A model generated the notes under the pieces. That model did no database searches and had not been told where the DNA came from. It saw only the letters and a program-made list of their open reading frames with translations. 36,787 bases of DNA from the NCBI GenBank assembly GCA_026393655.1, contig JAPKZT010000280.1, positions 1 through 36,787 of the forward strand, in the 5' to 3' direction. Source of the DNA: Actinomycetota bacterium (GTDB taxonomy: Bacteria > Actinomycetota > Acidimicrobiia > Acidimicrobiales > Ilumatobacteraceae). Below, piece after piece: positions 32,320 through 36,787 of the stretch (position 1 is the first letter of the stretch; the number at the start of each line of letters is the position of its first letter). Made by a program: the position numbers and the translations under genes.

Positions 32320-32976
32320 TTAGTGTTTGCCGAGCTTCAAAAGATTTTCGGTCATTGTCCAGCCGTGCACCACGAGCACGCCAGCCTTCTTCGCCGAAAC
32401 AGTCTTAAACATTGCATTAATATCTGCTGGAGCCTTACCTGGTTTAAGCGAATGAAAATCCATAAATCCGCTTTGACCATTGCTCTTGATCACAAAAGAT
32501 TGTTCGTCGTAAGTCGATTCGCAGCCAAAGCGACGGGCCAGACGGCGACCCCAAGCGCGCTCTTCACCGACTGCCTTGTGATCAGGTCGAGGAATCATTT
32601 CTGTGAGCGACTTGAACGCCTCAAGCGCATCGGAGTCAATAAACCGTGACCCAACGACAACATCTTCGTCCGGAAACGCCATTAGTGCACGATGATATGC
32701 CTCACTCATTAACCCTTTTAGAATCTGATCTCGTTTCGTTGTCGGTTTTACGCTCAGCATGCCCAACAACACACACGGCGTGCCACCGATGCGCTCAAGC
32801 GTTGAAAACATGAAACCATGCAACTTGTTATCGAGTCGCGCACTGGCAAATAGAACCCAATCTTCTTTTGCTTTTGAAATCGCGCCGATTCCGAATGAAC
32901 CACCCATCGAGGCGAGTTCGTCAAGATCAGTATCAGTTAATTGTGAAGCATCTTTGGTCTTGACAACAAGCGACAT
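32320..32976 (-). CDS. hypothetical protein
   Basis: 218 aa soluble protein with no motif I can name. A GAGG Shine-Dalgarno lies 4 nt upstream of the ATG. Its stop is 10 nt before the nitroreductase start, so co-transcription is likely. Confidence 0.6.
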   Translation of the reverse strand: MSLVVKTKDASQLTDTDLDELASMGGSFGIGAISKAKEDWVLFASARLDNKLHGFMFSTLERIGGTPCVLLGMLSVKPTTKRDQILKGLMSEAYHRALMAFPDEDVVVGSRFIDSDALEAFKSLTEMIPRPDHKAVGEERAWGRRLARRFGCESTYDEQSFVIKSNGQSGFMDFHSLKPGKAPADINAMFKTVSAKKAGVLVVHGWTMTENLLKLGKH

Positions 32977-33004
32977 AACACCTCTATTCTGCCAGCAAAA
33001 ATGC

Positions 33005-33041
33005 TCAATTCCGATGGTGCGGGTTAATTAACCGCAATTGA
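33005..33041. promoter_or_regulatory. nested inverted repeat with a perfect 12-bp palindrome GGTTAATTAACC (possible operator)
   Basis: GGTTAATTAACC at 33022-33033 is self-complementary. It is flanked by outer arms TCAATT (33005-33010) and AATTGA (33036-33041). The site lies between the dnaE stop (33047) and the 218-aa ORF start (32976). Confidence 0.35.
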
Positions 33042-33046
33042 ATTAT

Positions 33047-36000
33047 TTAACCGATATAAACGCTGTCACCGTAAGACGCACGAAGTCTTCCCATTACGCG
33101 ATCAATATCAACATTAAACTCATCAGGCAAACGCAACGCAGTAGTACCGATGTGCAATTGAACTGGTGTCTGCCCAGTGTGCTCACGCAATAAATCTCGC
33201 AACTCGTTGAGATCCTCTGGCGACGGCGAAACTCCTGGCAAGTCAATATGCACACTCAAATCACTCGCCCGCATCGGTTCGACGATTTGAATTTCTTGAG
33301 CATTGAACGCAATCAATGATTCATCGCGTCGGTCAAGTCGACCACGAACCAAGACGATCTTGTCTTCTTCGATTAGATGACCAAATTTTTCATAAGTTTT
33401 CGGAAACACCGTTACTTCAATTGAGCCTTGCAAATCTTCTATTTTTAGGATCGCCATTTGTGCACCCTTGCGCGTGAACTTTCGGTCAACAGAAGTGATT
33501 ACTCCGCCTAGTTTCAAGAATGCACCATCTGCTTTTTCTTCAAGATCAATTAACGAACACTCGACCTTTCGACGCAACTGTCCTTCGACTCCACGCAATG
33601 GATGATCAGAAACATAGAGTCCAAGCATCTCGCGCTCAATTTTGAGTTGTTCTGACTTCTCATAATTAATTTGCGGAATCTCTATTCGCTCAGAATAACC
33701 AGACCCTGAACCATCGTTATCGCCGAACAGACTCATCACCCCTTGATCGCGCTCACGGCGTCGCAACAATGTGTTTTCAATTATCGGTTCGAATACTGCA
33801 AGCAATCCCTTACGCGGGTGGCCAAGCGAATCAAATGCACCAGCCTTGATCAGCGATTCGACAGTTCGTTTATTGAGCGTCGAAATTGGCGCACGGTCAG
33901 CGAAATCATAGAAAGAAGTGAATGGTTGATTATTGCGTCGATATTCAACCAAATTAGTTATCAGCGCCTCACCTACGTTGCGAATCGCCGACAAACCAAA
34001 ACTTATAACTTTCTGATCGCCATCAATTATCGGAACAAAGTCAACTCCTGATGTATTGATATCGGGTGTTCGCACGACAATGTCACTGGCTCGAGCGTCT
34101 GCGAGAAACACTGCTGCGCGTTCGTAGTTTGCTTTAACGCTTGTCAGTAGACATGCGATGTATTCGACTGGATAATGTGCTTTGAGATAGGCAGTTTGAT
34201 ATGCAAGAAAGCCGTAGCCATAAGCGTGGCTCTTACCAAATGCGTAGTCTGCAAAATGCTCGATTGAGTCGAATAGTTTTTCGCCCAACACGGGTCCGTA
34301 TCCCATGTCAACGCAACCACTCTCAAAACTCACACGCTCTTTGGCCATGTCATCGCGGTTCTTTTTGCCACAAGCCTTGCGCAAGTCGTCTGCTTTTTCA
34401 AGGCTGTACCCAGCGAATTTTTGAGCAACGCGCATCATGCTCTCTTGATAGATCATCAAACCATATGTATCACCGAGTAACTCTTGGGCGTCTGGGTGAA
34501 ACAACTCTGGCTGCTTGCGACCGTTCTTGAAGTCAGCAAAATCATTGTGCATATTTGCCGCCATCGGGCCGGGTCGATACAGCGCAACGATGGCCGCCAA
34601 ATCATCCAATGTGCTCGGCACCATACTGCGAACTAGTGCGCGAATATTCGTTGACTCAAGTTGGAACACCCCGATGGTGTCACCGCGACGAAGCAACTCA
34701 AATGTCTTCGCATCATCAAACGAGACATTGTCAATATCAAAATCAGGGTCACGTAATTCTTGAATCATTTTATTCGTATCAGTAATCACATCTAAGTTTC
34801 GTAAGCCGAGAATGTCCATTTTCAAAAGACCAAGTTCTTCGACGGCATGCATCTCGTATTGCGTCACGATTGGCGCAAGTTCGGCGTCTTGACCCGACTC
34901 GGCTTTTCGTTGAATCGGCAAATACTGTGTGAGTTTTTCTTTGGTGATCACTACTGCTGCTGCGTGAATACCAACATTACGTTTTAGGCCTTCTAGACCA
35001 CGGGCAACATCCAACACCCGCTTTACATCTGGGTCGAGGTCATAAAGCGAACGTAACTCACTGGCTGCTTTGTACCCTGCTGAATGTTTGTCATTTTCTT
35101 CAAAGCAATATTTAAGAGGAGTATCGCGACCCATCACAACGGGTGGCATCAACTTGGCAATCTTGTCGCCTAATCCGTAAGGGAATCCAAGGACTCTCGC
35201 TGCATCGCGCACCGAGTTGCGGGCCTTAATCGTGCCAAACGTAATAATCTGCGCTACGTGGTCACGGCCGTATTTAGTTGAAGCGTAACGAATCATCTCA
35301 TCGCGATATCGCGAGTCAAAGTCCATGTCGATATCAGGCATGCTGCGTCGCCCAGGATTCAAGAACCGTTCAAAAAGTAAGTCGTAGCGAATCGGGTCGA
35401 GATCGGTTATTCGCAATGAATACGCAACAGCGCAACCTGCAGCCGACCCACGACCAGGCCCGACACGAATTGATTGATCTCGCGCATAACGAACAAGATC
35501 CCAAACAATCAAGAAATAAGAACTGAATCCCATTGTTTTGATCGTTGCTAGTTCGTATGCAACGCGCTCAACGACATTGTCCGGCAGTTTTTCGCCCCAT
35601 CGTTGTTGAGCACCGAGCCAAGTTAGGTGTTCAAGATATGCATGATCGTTAGCAAACCCTTCAGGAATTGGAAAGTCAGGCAACACTGGCACACCAAAAT
35701 CAATTTGAACTTTTGCGCGCTCGGCTATCCAAAGAGTGTTGTCACACGCAGTTATCTGCTCGCGAAACAGCCAACGCATTTCTTTGGCAGATTTCAAATA
35801 GTGCTCTTGGCCTTCAAATTTTAAACGATTCGGATCGGCAATAGTGCTGCCAGTTTGCACACACAGCAGTGCATCGTGAGAATGACTGTCGTCGCGGTGG
35901 GTGTAGTGACAGTCGTTTGTAGCCAATAACGGCGCACCAATTTTTTTGCCAATTTCAATCAGCTTTGGATTAGTTTCAATCTGCAACGGAATCCCATGAT

Positions 36001-36571
36001 CTTGCAACTCGATAAAAAAATTATCTTTGCCGAAAATATCTTGAAGTCGAGCAGCAGTTTTTAAGGCCTCTTCTTCTTTACCGTTTTTAAGTGCTTGCAA
36101 CACATGACCGCCCAGACAGCCAGAAGTTGCGATCAAACCTTCGTGAAATTTAGTCAGCAACTCCCAATCCATTCGTGGCTGGTAGTAGTAACCCTCAAGA
36201 AAAGCCAAACTAGCTAACTGAATTAAATTTTGATATCCAGTGTTATTCTCGGCGAGCAAAGTTAAGTGATAGTAAAGTTTTTTGCCCGCTTCGGTGTCGC
36301 CTCCGCTGTCATCTAGTTTTCCGCGACGAGTTGGGCGCTCAGTTCGTGTTTCAAAAGCCATATAGGCCTCTGTGCCGATTATCGGTTTGATTCCACGTTT
36401 GGTGCACTCTTTATAAAAATCGATAACACCATACATGTTGCCGTGATCCGTGATTCCTAACGCTTTTTGCGAATCATTGACCGCACAATCAACAAGTTCG
36501 TCTAGACGTGACGCACCGTCAAGCATTGAGAATTCTGTATGAACATGGAGATGAGTGAACGAATCACCCAT
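33047..36571 (-). CDS. dnaE: DNA polymerase III subunit alpha
   Basis: 1174 aa. PHP domain (FTHLHVHTEFSMLDGA), polymerase core, HhH region and OB fold. The start overlaps the stop of the upstream bpa-like gene by 1 nt (TAATG). Confidence 0.97.
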   Translation of the reverse strand: MGDSFTHLHVHTEFSMLDGASRLDELVDCAVNDSQKALGITDHGNMYGVIDFYKECTKRGIKPIIGTEAYMAFETRTERPTRRGKLDDSGGDTEAGKKLYYHLTLLAENNTGYQNLIQLASLAFLEGYYYQPRMDWELLTKFHEGLIATSGCLGGHVLQALKNGKEEEALKTAARLQDIFGKDNFFIELQDHGIPLQIETNPKLIEIGKKIGAPLLATNDCHYTHRDDSHSHDALLCVQTGSTIADPNRLKFEGQEHYLKSAKEMRWLFREQITACDNTLWIAERAKVQIDFGVPVLPDFPIPEGFANDHAYLEHLTWLGAQQRWGEKLPDNVVERVAYELATIKTMGFSSYFLIVWDLVRYARDQSIRVGPGRGSAAGCAVAYSLRITDLDPIRYDLLFERFLNPGRRSMPDIDMDFDSRYRDEMIRYASTKYGRDHVAQIITFGTIKARNSVRDAARVLGFPYGLGDKIAKLMPPVVMGRDTPLKYCFEENDKHSAGYKAASELRSLYDLDPDVKRVLDVARGLEGLKRNVGIHAAAVVITKEKLTQYLPIQRKAESGQDAELAPIVTQYEMHAVEELGLLKMDILGLRNLDVITDTNKMIQELRDPDFDIDNVSFDDAKTFELLRRGDTIGVFQLESTNIRALVRSMVPSTLDDLAAIVALYRPGPMAANMHNDFADFKNGRKQPELFHPDAQELLGDTYGLMIYQESMMRVAQKFAGYSLEKADDLRKACGKKNRDDMAKERVSFESGCVDMGYGPVLGEKLFDSIEHFADYAFGKSHAYGYGFLAYQTAYLKAHYPVEYIACLLTSVKANYERAAVFLADARASDIVVRTPDINTSGVDFVPIIDGDQKVISFGLSAIRNVGEALITNLVEYRRNNQPFTSFYDFADRAPISTLNKRTVESLIKAGAFDSLGHPRKGLLAVFEPIIENTLLRRRERDQGVMSLFGDNDGSGSGYSERIEIPQINYEKSEQLKIEREMLGLYVSDHPLRGVEGQLRRKVECSLIDLEEKADGAFLKLGGVITSVDRKFTRKGAQMAILKIEDLQGSIEVTVFPKTYEKFGHLIEEDKIVLVRGRLDRRDESLIAFNAQEIQIVEPMRASDLSVHIDLPGVSPSPEDLNELRDLLREHTGQTPVQLHIGTTALRLPDEFNVDIDRVMGRLRASYGDSVYIG

Positions 36572-36787
36572 TACAAATATGTTCCGGGGCGATCTCCTGG
36601 CTGCGCACTTGATGCTTCGCCTGATTGAATTTGCTTTTGCTCTGACTGTTGACGCATTGAAAGTTGTTGCGCAAACATCGTTGCTTGAATACCGTGGAAT
36701 AAACCTTCAAGCCAACCGACAAGTTGAGCTTTGGCTATCCGCAATTCGGCATCAGACGGAATATCACCATCCTTGAACGGCAGTGCA
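36571..36787 (-). CDS. bpa: bacterial proteasome activator family protein (Bpa/PafE, DUF2587), C-terminal 71 codons; 5' end lies beyond window end
   Basis: Hand translation of the minus strand gives ALPFKDGDIPSDAELRIAKAQLVGWLEGLFHGIQATMFAQQLSMRQQSEQKQIQSGEASSAQPGDRPGTYL*. The segment SDAELRIA.AQLVGWLEGLFHGIQ and the terminal G-x-YL match mycobacterial Bpa as I recall it. Confidence 0.85.
   Translation of the reverse strand, partial: ALPFKDGDIPSDAELRIAKAQLVGWLEGLFHGIQATMFAQQLSMRQQSEQKQIQSGEASSAQPGDRPGTYL

Noticed and set aside
27340-32976. The fabI-S8-DUF255-nitroreductase-unknown block as a horizontally acquired island or mobile element.
   Set aside because: There is no integrase or transposase, no flanking tRNA, no direct or inverted terminal repeats, and no obvious compositional break by eye. 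The genes are plausible chromosomal accessory metabolism.
33019-33035. GCGGGTTAATTAACCGC as the intrinsic terminator of dnaE.
   Set aside because: The stem is only 4 GC pairs plus an AT-only core, and no U-tract follows. It is treated as a possible operator instead.

Overview
Core chromosomal segment of an actinobacterium with moderate GC (mid-40s % by eye, not computed) and very tight gene packing. I call 35 protein-coding genes: 33 complete and 2 running off the window ends, with 31 on the minus strand.

The content is almost all housekeeping. It follows the conserved actinobacterial order known from Mycobacterium and Streptomyces: aspS-hisS-relA-secF/secD-yajC-(tgt-queA)-ruvBAC-(bcp)-yebC-pdxT/pdxS-(DUF3048-htpX-lemA)-pimA-(LLM oxidoreductase, + strand)-PIM acyltransferase-pgsA-(168-aa membrane protein)-HIT-thrS. 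After that come a PlsC-like acyltransferase, mshC, an F420-reductase-like gene, fabI/inhA, a secreted S8 protease, a DUF255 thioredoxin-domain protein, a nitroreductase, a 218-aa unknown, dnaE and the C-terminus of the proteasome activator Bpa. Items in parentheses are insertions relative to the mycobacterial layout.

Many neighbouring genes overlap at start/stop in a way that suggests translational coupling:
- ruvB/ruvA overlap by 8 nt
- ruvC/ruvA share ATGA
- yebC/bcp and bpa/dnaE share TAATG
- pgsA/acyltransferase and npdG/mshC share GTGA

I saw no rRNA, tRNA, CRISPR, transposase, integrase, prophage, toxin-antitoxin or recognisable defence genes, and no canonical intrinsic terminators, even at the two convergent junctions (4 and 13 nt).

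I did not find convincing evidence for a new multi-gene system. The structure least explained by the gene calls is a family of CTAG-core short tandem arrays (12-13 nt period, about 3-4 units) in four spacers (queA/tgt, membrane-protein/pgsA, mshC/plsC-like, npdG/fabI). It includes an exact 15-mer shared by two loci 16 kb apart and a core that supplies the last codons and stop of two unrelated genes. Also notable are pervasive TANNNT boxes 6-9 nt upstream of start codons (leaderless-mRNA architecture) and a few proteins of unknown function inserted into conserved operons. All calls rest on hand translation and motif recognition; no database search was possible.
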